16,902 nucleotides of DNA from assembly GCF_006345805.1 (NCBI RefSeq), contig NW_021824967.1, forward strand, positions 1-16,902. Reading direction: 5' to 3'. Every line of letters begins with the position of its first letter. Position 1 is the first letter of the stretch. Position numbers and translations under genes: made by a program. This DNA is from Octopus sinensis. Lineage: Eukaryota. The notes under the pieces are model-generated. The model saw only the letters and a program-made list of their open reading frames with translations, did not search any database and had not been told where the DNA came from. Shown here in pieces: positions 1 through 9,092 of this stretch.

Positions 1-11
1 GGACGCAGTGT

Positions 12-130
12 AGAGAGAGAGAGAGAACAGTGAGGAGAGAGAGAATAAGCAGTGAGAGAGAAGAGAGAAGCATTGAGAGAGAGAGAGAGAGAGAGAGAAA
101 CAGTGAGAGAGAGAGAGAGAAGCAATGAGA
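12..130. repeat. (AG)n microsatellite with interruptions
   Basis: Direct reading. Confidence 0.95.
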
Positions 131-264
131 TATAAAAATGTTTAATTTTTCTATGTTAGGAAGTCGTTACATTCGTTGCAGGTAATTGCATGCAGAACTG
201 TTTCATTCTTTTTAGAAATCTTCAGCATGAACAAGGAAAGAAACAAACAAAACGAGATGCTTAC

Positions 265-430
265 CTCTTTTTATAGCTTTGTGCAGAAGGCTGCGGCCTG
301 TGTTGTCTTTACGATTCACATCGGCCCTGTGCGAGACCAGGAGTTGTGCGATGCTCTCCTGCCGGCTCAGCAAAGCCAGATCCAAAGGTATGTCTCCACG
401 AGTGTCCAATTCGTTCAGCTTCACGCTCAG
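265..430 (-). CDS. ANKFY1: ANKFY1 coding exon 7 (first ankyrin repeats)
   Basis: ctccag|CTG AGC ... AAA AGA G|gtaagc, 166 nt. Encodes LSVKLNELDTRGDIPLDLALLSRQESIAQLLVSHRADVNRKDNTGRSLLHKAIKR(G), with ankyrin consensus G.TPL.LA...LL...ADVN..D..G.S.LH.A. Confidence 0.96.
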
Positions 431-681
431 CTGGAGACAGGAAGAGAGAGAGAGAGAAGAGATGAGTGATGGAGAGGAACCGAAGGATGAAGAATCATGG
501 AGGAGGAAGGAGAAAAACTCTGACAATAACGGAGAAGGAAAACAAGGGAAGAGATAAGGGGAAAAACAGAAATAACATTCCCGCTGTTACAAGAACCAGT
601 TCGGGCCCTTAGCTCCATACTCCCTAAATTTTAGGGATAACTTCAGGCTCCCAGCCCCTTACTCTCTCAGTTATATATATT

Positions 682-1271
682 TATTTACTACCCACAAGGG
701 GCTAAACACAGAGGGGACAAACAAGGACAGACAAAGGGATTAAGTCGATTACATCGACCCCAGTGCATAACTGGTACTTATTTCATTGACCCCGAAAGGA
801 TGAAAGGCAAAGTCGATCTCGGCGGCATTTGAACTCAGAATGTAACCGCAGACCAAATACCTATTTCTTTACTACCCACAAGGGGCTAAACACAGAGGGG
901 ACAAACAAGGACAGACATAGGTATTAAGTCGATCACATCGACCCCAGTGCATAACTGGTACTTATTTAATCGACCCCGAAAGGATGAAAGGCAAAGTCGA
1001 CCTCGGCGGAATTTGAACTCAGAATGTAACGGCAGACGAAATACCTAGTTCTTTACTACCCACAAGGGGATAAACAGAGAGGGGACAAACAAGGACAGAC
1101 AAAGGGATTAAGTCGATCACATCGACTCCAGTGCGTAACTGGTACTTAATTTATCGACCCCGAAAGGATGAAAGGCAAAGTCGACCTCGGCAGAATTTGA
1201 ACTCGGAACGTAGCGACAGACGAAATACGGTTACGCATTTCGCCCGGCGTGCTAACGTTTCTGCCAGCTCG
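682..1271 (-). mobile_element. tRNA-derived SINE family A, one head plus three tandem 184-bp bodies
   Basis: Head (cgagctggcagaaacgttagcacgccgggcgaaatgc) at 1271. Units start at 686, 870 and 1054, each with a B-box (gagttcaaatncc). cagttata flanks both sides (668-675, 1272-1279) as a possible TSD. Confidence 0.85.
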
Positions 1272-1640
1272 CAGTTATAGGGGCCACATCAGGTTCATAT
1301 CCCTGCACTCCCTCGGTTAAGGGGCCACTTTGGGTACTTGACTTCACAAAGAGCTACTTCAGCCATTAATCTTGTACTTCCTCAGTTATAAGGACCTTTA
1401 GCCTTGCAGTCCTTCACTTATAGGGGACTGCACTAGGCCTTTTTCCTTACACTCCTTCAGCAATAGGGGCCCACATTAAACCCTTAGTCTTGCACTCCCC
1501 TATTTACAGGGGCCACATTAGGCCTTTTCCCTTACACTCCTTCAGCAATAGAGGCCCACATTAAACCCTTAGTCTTGCACTCCCCTATTTACAGGGGCCA
1601 CATTAGGCCTTTTGCCTTACACACCTTCAGCAGTAGATAG
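1272..1640. repeat. Degenerate ~42-bp minisatellite with an 85-bp dimeric unit
   Basis: taggcctt recurs at 1434, 1519 and 1604, and the ggggccacatta / cttgcactcc subunits alternate. Similar sequence lies at ~600-675, left of the SINE. Confidence 0.8.
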
Positions 1641-1875
1641 GAACCACTTCAGACCCCATAATTGGGAAGCAAGCTTCTTAGCACACAGCCAAACCTGCAT
1701 CACCATGGAAACCTGACAGCGGTGGTGCCCCAGCATGGCCGCGGCCTTCGGGCTAAACAATTTTTAAGGATTTAAAGATTTAAGGATGGTGGGCAATCTG
1801 GGACAATATCTGTGCATTCAAACAAAGAAATTTAAAATAAGTCCACCTGTGCCCCTCGACAATGAGTTTACTTAC

Positions 1876-2025
1876 CTGGGAATCGAACTCAATAAGGTAG
1901 AGGAACACCACATCCTCTCTCTTCACCCTTATGGCTGTATGGAGTACGTACTCCGATTTTGATTTGAACATCCTGTATAGAAGAGCAGCAGGCATGTTTG
2001 CAAAATCCTCACTCGTAAAATCATC
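1876..2025 (-). CDS. ANKFY1: ANKFY1 coding exon 6
   Basis: tcccag|GAT GAT ... TCC CAG|gtaagt, 150 nt. Encodes DDFTSEDFANMPAALLYRMFKSKSEYVLHTAIRVKREDVVFLYLIEFDSQ. Confidence 0.96.
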
Positions 2026-2092
2026 CTGGGAGGAAGTAGAAGAGGAAATAAAACCAAAAGATTAAGAAATGGTAACAACAACAAGAATATTG

Positions 2093-2127
2093 ATAATAAT
2101 AATAATAATAATGATAATAATAATAAT
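2093..2127. repeat. (AAT)n microsatellite
   Basis: Direct reading. Confidence 0.95.
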
Positions 2128-2890
2128 GCCCTGATGCAGTACCAGGCAGTGGCTCTCGTGGCTTCTGATCTTAACTGATTGGAAGTGTTATCATGTACAT
2201 TGTTTTGTCTTGGTATAAAAGATGGGTTTTACAGCAAATATTCTGCTCAATACCTATTTCTTTATTACCCACAAGGGGCTAAACATAGAGGGGACAAACA
2301 TGGACAGACATAGGTATTAAGTCGATTATATCGACCCCAGTGCATAACTGGTACTTAATTTATCGACCCCGGAAGGATGAAAGGCAAAGTCGACCTTGGC
2401 GGAATTTGAACTCACAACGTAACAGCAGACGAAATACTGCAAAGCATTTCGCCCAGCGTGCTAACGTTTCTGCCCAGATTAACTTGTCAGTTGTTTGACC
2501 ATAACCAGTTGACCATGTCCCTTGGTGGCTGACGATATGTGCATCTCTGATCATGAGCAGAAGTAGTGGGGGAACATCATAGCCATGTGCTGAGAGGGAT
2601 TCTTTGAGGTTTGGATAATTCACCTCTGGAAACATGGGTGTTTCGTTCAACATCCTTAAACAACCCTTATTCAGAAACCTTTTGAGCGGGATGGGTTACT
2701 CGACCAGAAGAAAATTCTAACTGGGCCCCACCTGCAAAGTCATGTGCTGTTTATCTTGGCATGAGATCACCATGTTGCACACACATGGTTGTGATGCATG
2801 TGCCTGGTGTACCCTTATCAGACGGGTAGTCATGATGGGTATACTGGGTTTGGTATATTTTACCCCGGTGTCACTTTGATGGCATGCAAG
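2128..2890. mobile_element. Unclassified interspersed repeat abutting (AAT)n, interrupted by a family A SINE
   Basis: Recognised from memory as an abundant octopus repeat (2128-2255 and 2475-2890). There is no second copy in the window, so it cannot be verified here. Confidence 0.4.
2256..2474 (-). mobile_element. SINE family A, single copy
   Basis: Same head, B-box, body and tail as 682-1271. Confidence 0.85.
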
Positions 2891-3018
2891 ATCCTTAATA
2901 TGGAGAGTACTCAATAAGTTCTGGGGTTGGTATATACGACTAAAAGACGCTTCAAAGTGATGCCCCAGCATGGCCACAATCCAAACAACTGAGACAAACA
3001 AAAGCAAATGAAGATATA

Positions 3019-3970
3019 GGTGCAGGAGTGGCTGTGTGGTAAGTAGCTTGCTTACCAACCACATGGTTCCGGGTTCAGTCCCACTGTGTGGCACCTTGGG
3101 CAAGTGTCTTCTACTATAGCCTCGGGCCGACCAATGCCTTGTGAGTGGATTTGGTAGACGGAAACTGAAAGAAGCTCGTCGTATATATGTATATATATAT
3201 ATGTATGTGTGTGTGTGTTTGTCTCCCTAGCATTGCTTGACAACCGATGCTGGTGTGTTTACATCCCCGTCACTTAGCGGTTCGGCAAAATGAGACCGAT
3301 AGAATAAGTACTGGGCTTACAAAAAAGAATAAGTCCCGGGGTCGATTTGCTCGACTAAAAGGCGGTGCTCCAGCATGGCCGCAGTCAAATGACTGAAACA
3401 AGTAAGAGTAAACTTAGCGGTTCAGCAAAATGAGACCGATAGAATAAGTACTGGGCTTACAAAGAATAAGTCCCGGGGGTCGATTTGCTCGACTAAAGGC
3501 GGTGCTCCAGCATGGCCACAGTCAAATGACTGAAACAAGTAAGAGTAAACTTAGCGGTTCAGCAAAATAGACCGATAGAATAAGTACTGGGCTTACAAAG
3601 AATAAGTCCCGGGGGTCGATTTGCTCGACTAAAGGCGGTGCTCCAGCATGGCCACAGTCAAATGAGTGAAACAAGTAAGAGTAAACTTAGCGGTTCAGCA
3701 AAAAGAGACCGATAGAATAAGTACTGGGCTTACAAAGAATAAGTCCCGGGGGTCGATTTGCTCGACTAAAAGGCGGTGCTCCAGCATGGCCACAGTCAAA
3801 TGAGTGAAACAAGTAAGAGTAAACTTAGCGGTTCAGCAAAATAGACCGATAGAATAAGTACTGGGCTTACAAAAAAGAATAAGTCCCGGGGTCGATTTGC
3901 TTGACTAAAAAGGCGGTGCTCCGGCATGGCCGCAGTCAAAATGACTGAAACATGTAAAAGAGTAAAAGAG
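3019..3970 (+). mobile_element. tRNA-derived SINE family B with five tandem 3' modules
   Basis: Head ggtgcaggagtggctgtgtgg (A-box-like) and gggttcagtccc (B-box-like), then an internal (TA)/(TG) microsatellite. The ~137-bp 3' module starts at 3273, 3413, 3550, 3686 and 3824. Confidence 0.88.
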
Positions 3971-3992
3971 CATAAGAAACAAAAATACTGAC

Positions 3993-4116
3993 CCAATGGG
4001 AGGATATCAGCTCAGAGCAGTGCTTCTTGAGGATGTTGGCATCCATTTCTTCGGCAGATTGGTAGAACTTGATGCAGTTCTTCATAGTAACGAATGACAT
4101 CAATGCATTCTCACAC
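3993..4116 (-). CDS. ANKFY1: ANKFY1 coding exon 5 (BTB end / BACK-like helices)
   Basis: ttgcag|G TGT GAG ... CAT TGG|gtcagt, 124 nt. Encodes (R)CENALMSFVTMKNCIKFYQSAEEMDANILKKHCSELISSHW. Not in the ORF track. Confidence 0.95.
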
Positions 4117-4331
4117 CTGCAAAGGTGAGTGATAGTTTCAGAGGGAGAGAGAGAGAGAGGTCGAAGACAAAGGCATCATCATCATCATCATAGCAACTAT
4201 CGATAATGGCAACAGCTCCTGTTACCATTTTCACTAGTAGGGACCCATGGAGATTCCATGGCATAAGACGGTACATTTCAAAACATTATGTTACCATAGC
4301 AAAGAACACAAGCAAAGAATTTCAAAAAAAT

Positions 4332-4748
4332 GGATCTTTTCCGTTTGAACGGCAGTTTTTAACATAATTTCTAGGTAACTAAACACTTTTAAACTTCGTA
4401 TACTGTAGAATGTGTTTATAAAACATCTTTTTCTTTGGCTTTATTGAGAAAATTCTATAGTTTGTAAGATATTTGGGTTTTTTTTTTTCTCAATTTCTGC
4501 AATTTCAACCATCAATGACGTCTATTGAGGTAAAAAAACATTCCGTGCCGTATGAATATGTCCCTCGTTTAAGAAACAGATTGGGTTTATTTACTTTTGT
4601 GAAGAAAAAAAATATACCCTTCCCCCCACCCCTAACCCTAACCCTAAAACAGATTGAAATGCAATAGATTGATACTAGGGTCATAATTATGGGTGACAAT
4701 TTCATATGACACTGCTAGAAAAAACTGCCGTTCAAACCGAAAAGATCC
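4332..4748. mobile_element. MITE (Merlin-like by termini/TSD) with internal (CCCTAA)3
   Basis: ~29-bp TIRs ggatcttttccgtttgaacggcagttttt / aaaaactgccgttcaaaccgaaaagatcc. The flanking 8-mers AAAAAAAT and AAAAAAAC match at 7/8. Telomere-type repeats at 4630-4647. Confidence 0.85.
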
Positions 4749-4867
4749 AAAAAAACTCTTTTGAAATCCTAGCATTTAATCTAAACTGTACTTTGAAATA
4801 TAATTGAAATTACATTATGTACATTATTTACAATTGACGGATATTTGTCCTCATCTTGTTTGTTGTT

Positions 4868-4913
4868 AACACAACATTTCGGCTGATATACCCTCCAGGA
4901 TTCATCAGGTGTC
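4868..4913 (-). ncRNA. Degenerate hammerhead motif, family 3 copy B
   Basis: gacac-CTGATGA-a-tcctg[gagggtatat]cagcc-GAAA-tGTT-gtgtt. The core is intact but the base of stem II is disrupted. Confidence 0.5.
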
Positions 4914-5018
4914 TTGGGGAAATTTCAAACCTGGGTTCTCATTCCTAAGGTATTTTTCGATGTTATTATTATTATTATTTATATTAGACGGATATTTGTC
5001 CTCATCTTGTTTGTTGTT

Positions 5019-5064
5019 AACACAATATTTCGGCTGATACACCCTCCAACCTTCATCAGGTGTC
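5019..5064 (-). ncRNA. Minimal hammerhead motif, family 3 copy A (sense to ANKFY1 intron 4)
   Basis: gacac-CTGATGA-a-ggttg[gagggtgtat]cagcc-GAAA-tATT^-gtgtt. Stem II has one G-U pair, stem III is the loopless palindrome AAUAUU, and stem I is gacac/gtgtt. Confidence 0.65.
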
Positions 5065-5074
5065 TTGAGGAAGT

Positions 5075-5570
5075 GTTAGTTGAAGGCTACCAAACCTGCC
5101 ATACACAGACAACTTCAGCTTTATAAATCGTAAAAAATAGGGATTTTCATAGGAAAAAAGCACCTTTTTGATGTAAATAATTATTGGTGTTAACATGGTC
5201 CGATTTGAAATTTTATCTTCTACGGAAGGAAGAGCAAGCCTTCTTCCATCATACTCTCAATTTTGGTCAACTTGTACGGCAGGGTCTCGGAGGAGATAGG
5301 GTTAGTTGAAGGCTACCAAACCTGCCATACACAGACAACTTCAGCTTTATAAATCGTAAAAAATAGGGATTTTCATAGGAAAAGAAGCACCTTTTTGATG
5401 CAAATAATTTTTGGTGTTAACATGGTCCAATTTGAATTTTATCTTCAACGGAATGAAGAGCAAGCCTTCTTCTATCATACTCTCAATTTTGGTCAACTTG
5501 CGCCGCAGGGTCTCGGAGGAGATAGGGTTAGTTGAAGGCTACCAAACCTGCCACACACAGACAACTTCAG

Positions 5571-5608
<38 letters not shown>

Positions 5609-5997
5609 TAGCAATATAGCCCGGCATTGCTTGGGTTTGTTTCGACCCTTTAGAATTGGAATTTTTGAAAAGTAAAAATTTTGCATTATGTAGCTTGTTA
5701 TTCTCTTTAAGTGAACATTTTTCTCGTTGAAATACACCGAAAAATGGCGACACAGCAATCAAAATATCGTAAAATATAGGGATTTTCATAGAAAAAAAGC
5801 ACCATTTTGATGCAAATAATTTTTGGTGTTAACATGGTCCGATTTGAATTTTATCTTCGACAGAATGAAGAGCAAGCCTTCTTCTATCATACTCTTAATT
5901 TTGGTCAACTTGCGCCGCAGGGTCTCAGAGGAGATAGTGTTAGTTGAAGGCTACGTAAATCTGCCACACACACAGACAACTTCAGCTTTATATATAT

Positions 5998-6031
<34 letters not shown>

Positions 6032-6124
6032 TAGCAATATCGCCCGGCGTTGTTCAGGTTTGTTTCGACCCTTTAGAATTGGAATTTTTGAAAAGTAAAA
6101 ATTTTGCATTATGTAGCTTGTTAT
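5075..6124 (-). mobile_element. Tandem array of a non-autonomous Helitron
   Basis: The complete 393-bp copy at 5608-6000 reads A|TC...hairpin (cccaagcaatgccggg)...CTAG|T on the minus strand. A second 3' end has CTAG at 6031-6034. Truncated 226-bp units start at 5075, 5301 and 5527. Confidence 0.78.
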
Positions 6125-6186
6125 CCAAATATTGTCTTGACCACGGTCGAACAATGATGATGATGACCATCCGATCATGGCCATTG

Positions 6187-6318
6187 TCACAAGGCTTTGG
6201 TCTGCCCAAGGCTATAGTAGAAGACCCTTGCCCAAGATGCCACGCAGTGGGACTAAACCCGGAACCATGTGGTTGGTAAGCAAGTTACTTACCACACAGC
6301 CACTCCTACGCCTAGACA

Positions 6319-6362
<44 letters not shown>

Positions 6363-6590
6363 TGTCTATATCTATGTTTGTATGTCCCCGCCCCATCACT
6401 GCTTGACAACCAGTGTTGGTGTGTTTACATCACCATAACTTAGCACTTCAGCAAAACAGACTGATAGAATAAGTACTGGGCTTCAAAAAGAAGTCCTGGG
6501 ATTGATTTGTTCGACTAAAATACATAAAATCCTTCAAAGCAGTGCTCCAGCAGGGTCGCAGTCAAATGAGAGAAGCAAAATTAAAAGAAA
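6187..6590. mobile_element. SINE family B fragments: minus-strand head (6187-6313) and older plus-strand 3' half (~6375-6590)
   Basis: Similarity to the other family B copies. The two pieces are separated by (TA)n. Confidence 0.75.
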
Positions 6591-6644
6591 AAAATTATAT
6601 GCAGTGCTTTCTTTCTTTCCTCTTTTCTTTCTTACTGACTGACT

Positions 6645-7360
6645 GGATGGATGAATTGATGGATTGATGGATGGATGGATGGATGGATTGATGATGGATG
6701 GATGGATGAATGGATTGATGGATTGATTGATGAATGGATGGATGAATTGATGGATGGATGAATGGATTGATGGATTGATTGATGAATGAATGAATGGATT
6801 GATGGATGGATGGATGATGGATGGATGAATGGATTGATGGATTGATTGATGAATGGATGGATTGATTGATGAATGGATGGATGGATGATGAATGAATGAA
6901 TGAATGAATGAATGGATTGATGGATGGATGGATGGATGGATTGATGAATGAATGAATGGATGATGGATTGATGAATGAATGAATGGATGGATGGATTGAT
7001 GAATGAATGAATGGATGGATTGATTGATTGATGAATGAATGAATGGATTGATGGATGGATGGATGGATGGATTGATGAATGAATGAATGGATGGATGGAT
7101 TGATGAATGAATGAATGGATGGATGGATTGATGAATGAATGAATGGATGGATTGATTGATGAATGAATGAATGGATTGATGGATGGATGGATGGATGGAT
7201 TGATGAATGAATGAATGAATGGATGGATGGATTTATGAATGAATGGATGGATGGATGGATTGATGAATGAATGAATGGATGGATTTATGAATGAATGGAT
7301 GGATGGATGATGAATGAATGGATGGATGGATGAATGAATGAACCAATCAATCAATCAATC
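6645..7360. repeat. ~700-bp (GGAT/GAAT/GATT)n tetranucleotide satellite
   Basis: Direct reading. It ends in (CAAT)n about 40 bp from the exon 4 donor. Confidence 0.97.
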
Positions 7361-7402
7361 GAGTGATTAGTCAACCTGGTGCCACCATTGTTGCCACTTT
7401 AC

Positions 7403-7538
7403 CTTGTTCCAAGAGTATCCAACTGGAACCTTGCAGAAACCTTCAGGAGCTCCAATAGGAATGTCTCTTCACTCTTTATGTTTATTTCGTCCGTGTAGAC
7501 CCACTTCAGTAAGGCGTATGCAACATCATAGCTGATAT
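7403..7538 (-). CDS. ANKFY1: ANKFY1 coding exon 4 (BTB domain)
   Basis: tcacag|AT ATC AGC ... GGA ACA AG|gtaaag, 136 nt. Encodes (D)ISYDVAYALLKWVYTDEINIKSEETFLLELLKVSARFQLDTLGT(R), with the BTB motif LL.W.YTD. Confidence 0.95.
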
Positions 7539-7719
7539 CTGTGAGAGGAGATAGAAAACAGGACACCAACACCATTACTATAATCAACATTGCATCCAAT
7601 GTCTATCCGAAAAGTTATGTATATATACATTGCGTGATGGCTAAATTGTTGCTGTTTGCTTTTAATTTCATGCACACACATTGTTTGTTTTTAATTTTGT
7701 CAACTAGTAGTGATACCAA

Positions 7720-8492
7720 TGCCAGTGGCATGTAAGAGAACCATCCGGAACATGGCCGTTGCCAGCGCCACCCCGACTGGTAAAAAGCACCATCCGACAG
7801 GCCTGGCCAGCCTGTAATGACATGCATAAGATCTGGTCATCAAATCTAAGTAGAGACATCAAACTTGAAATCTTCAAAGCCACAGTCAAACCAATTCTAC
7901 TATATGGCTCAGAAACCTGGATGTTATCAAAGAAGCTTGAGAGGTGGTTGGATGGAACTTACACTCGCCTTCTTATGAGAGCTCAAAATCTCTCGTGGAA
8001 GCGCCATCCAACCAAAATGCAAATATATGGGAAACTACCACCTGTGTCATCTCTTGTGAAACGTAGGAGAGTCCAGTTTGCTGGACATTGTTGTAGAGCT
8101 GAAAAAGAGGTAATTTCTACTCTCCTCCTCTGGAAGCCATCTACTCGCAATACCAGAGGGCGCACACTCTCCTACCCTGAAGTAATCTCCAGGGATACAG
8201 GCATCCAGCACCAGGACCTCCGTAATGCCATGATGGACCATGAAGTCTGGCGTAGCATGGTAAATTCCATTGTCTCGACCACGGTCGAACAATGATGATG
8301 ATGAGCATCCGATCATGGCCATTGCCAGCCTCCTCTGGCCCCTGTGCCGGTGGCACGTAAAAAGCACCCACTACACTCACGGAGCGGTTGGCATTAGGAA
8401 GGGCATCCAGCTGTAGAAACATTGCCAGATCAGACTGGGCCTCGTGCAGCCTTCTGGCTTCCAAGACCCCAGTTGAACCGTCCAACCCATGC
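7720..8492 (+). mobile_element. Non-autonomous family C element (7720-7797 and 8305-8492) split by the RTE insertion
   Basis: gtggcacgtaaaaagcacc / catccga.catggcc.ttgccagc modules lie on both sides of the LINE, followed by the gttggcattaggaagggcatccagc...ccaacccatgc body. A related older minus copy lies at ~11840-12070 and a 3' fragment at ~10560-10615. Confidence 0.7.
7798..8304 (+). mobile_element. 5'-truncated RTE-clade LINE (ORF2 C-terminal region only)
   Basis: Open frame to TGA at 8293-8295 with RTE-type motifs IFKATVKPILLYGSETW and RRRVQFAGH, then a (TGA)4 tail. catccga is duplicated at 7791-7797 and 8306-8312 (TSD). No RT catalytic core is present. Confidence 0.85.
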
Positions 8493-8638
8493 GATTTTAC
8501 TGAATAATTTTATTCATTAGTTTTTCAAGATATTTTTTTGTAATTTTGGTAAATATATCTGGTAAAATGAGATGTCATTATCATAATTTAGACAACAGTT
8601 TAGTCACCACACCCTGTATGTATATATATATGTGTGTG

Positions 8639-8677
<39 letters not shown>

Positions 8678-8848
8678 ATAAATATTAGGGAATAAATCCA
8701 AATTTACAGGGAAAAATCAGATTTAGGATTAAATCCAATTTTATAGTAAAATATTATATAATATAATTCAAGACAAAACCACTATTTTAAAACCAAACAA
8801 GGAAAGACTTAATCAATACATAAAATTTTAATATAAAGAAATAAACCG

Positions 8849-8891
8849 CCACTACAATCGTTTCATGTCTTCAATGACATTCGTCAGGTGG
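8849..8891 (-). ncRNA. Minimal type I hammerhead ribozyme motif (family 1, left arm; sense to ANKFY1 intron 3)
   Basis: Exact reverse complement of 8934-8976. Confidence 0.82.
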
Positions 8892-8933
8892 ATTAATCTG
8901 TTTTAATTTAAAACAGATTAGGAGATCGAAAAT

Positions 8934-8976
8934 CCACCTGACGAATGTCATTGAAGACATGAAACGATTGTAGTGG
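8934..8976 (+). ncRNA. Minimal type I hammerhead ribozyme motif (Penelope-like family 1, right arm)
   Basis: ccac-CTGACGA-atgtc[attgaa]gacat-GAAA-cgatt-GTA^-gtgg. Intact core, 5-bp stem II, 4-bp stem I. The stem III region ACGAUUGU is self-complementary with G-U pairs. Confidence 0.82.
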
Positions 8977-9092
8977 CGGTTTATTTCTTTATATTAAAAA
9001 TTTTTATGTATTGATTAAGTCTTTCCTTGTTTGTTTTGCAAAATAGTGGTTTTGTCTCGAATTATATTATATATATATATATATATATATGT

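Larger units (their letters stand above)
4836..5067 (-). mobile_element. Penelope-like tandem direct repeat (two ~80-bp hammerhead-bearing copies, 151 bp apart)
   Basis: gacggatatttgtcctcatcttgtttgttgttaacacaa...caggtgtcttg at 4836-4916 and 4987-5067. Confidence 0.65.
8675..9073. mobile_element. Penelope-like element remnant: foldback (inverted pLTR-type) structure
   Basis: Arms 8755-8894 and 8931-9073 are inverted repeats with the inner ~67 bp perfect, each carrying a hammerhead. The spacer holds a second hairpin (aatctgtttta-att-taaaacagatt, 8895-8919). Flanked by (TA)n. The PLE assignment is inferred from the hammerhead plus foldback; no ORF is present. Confidence 0.7.

Noticed and set aside
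3273-3970. CRISPR-like appearance of the regular ~137-bp and 184-bp arrays
   Set aside because: Whole units are repeated with no unique spacers and no cas genes, in a eukaryotic intron. They are SINE-derived tandems.
4121-4130. Perfect plus-strand donor AAG|GTGAGT suggesting an antisense exon
   Set aside because: It is simply the complement of the pyrimidine tract/branch region of the exon 5 acceptor. No matching acceptor or ORF is evident.
4630-4647. Telomeric repeats as evidence of a chromosome end or fusion
   Set aside because: Only 2-3 units, and they sit at the same internal position in both MITE copies.
6632-7354. 240-aa His/Pro/Ser/Ile ORF
   Set aside because: Translation of a tetranucleotide satellite with no protein features.
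7759-8295. 178-aa ORF as a host gene or active retrotransposon
   Set aside because: The ATG comes from the flanking repeat. The rest is only the C-terminal part of an RTE ORF2, without endonuclease or RT core.
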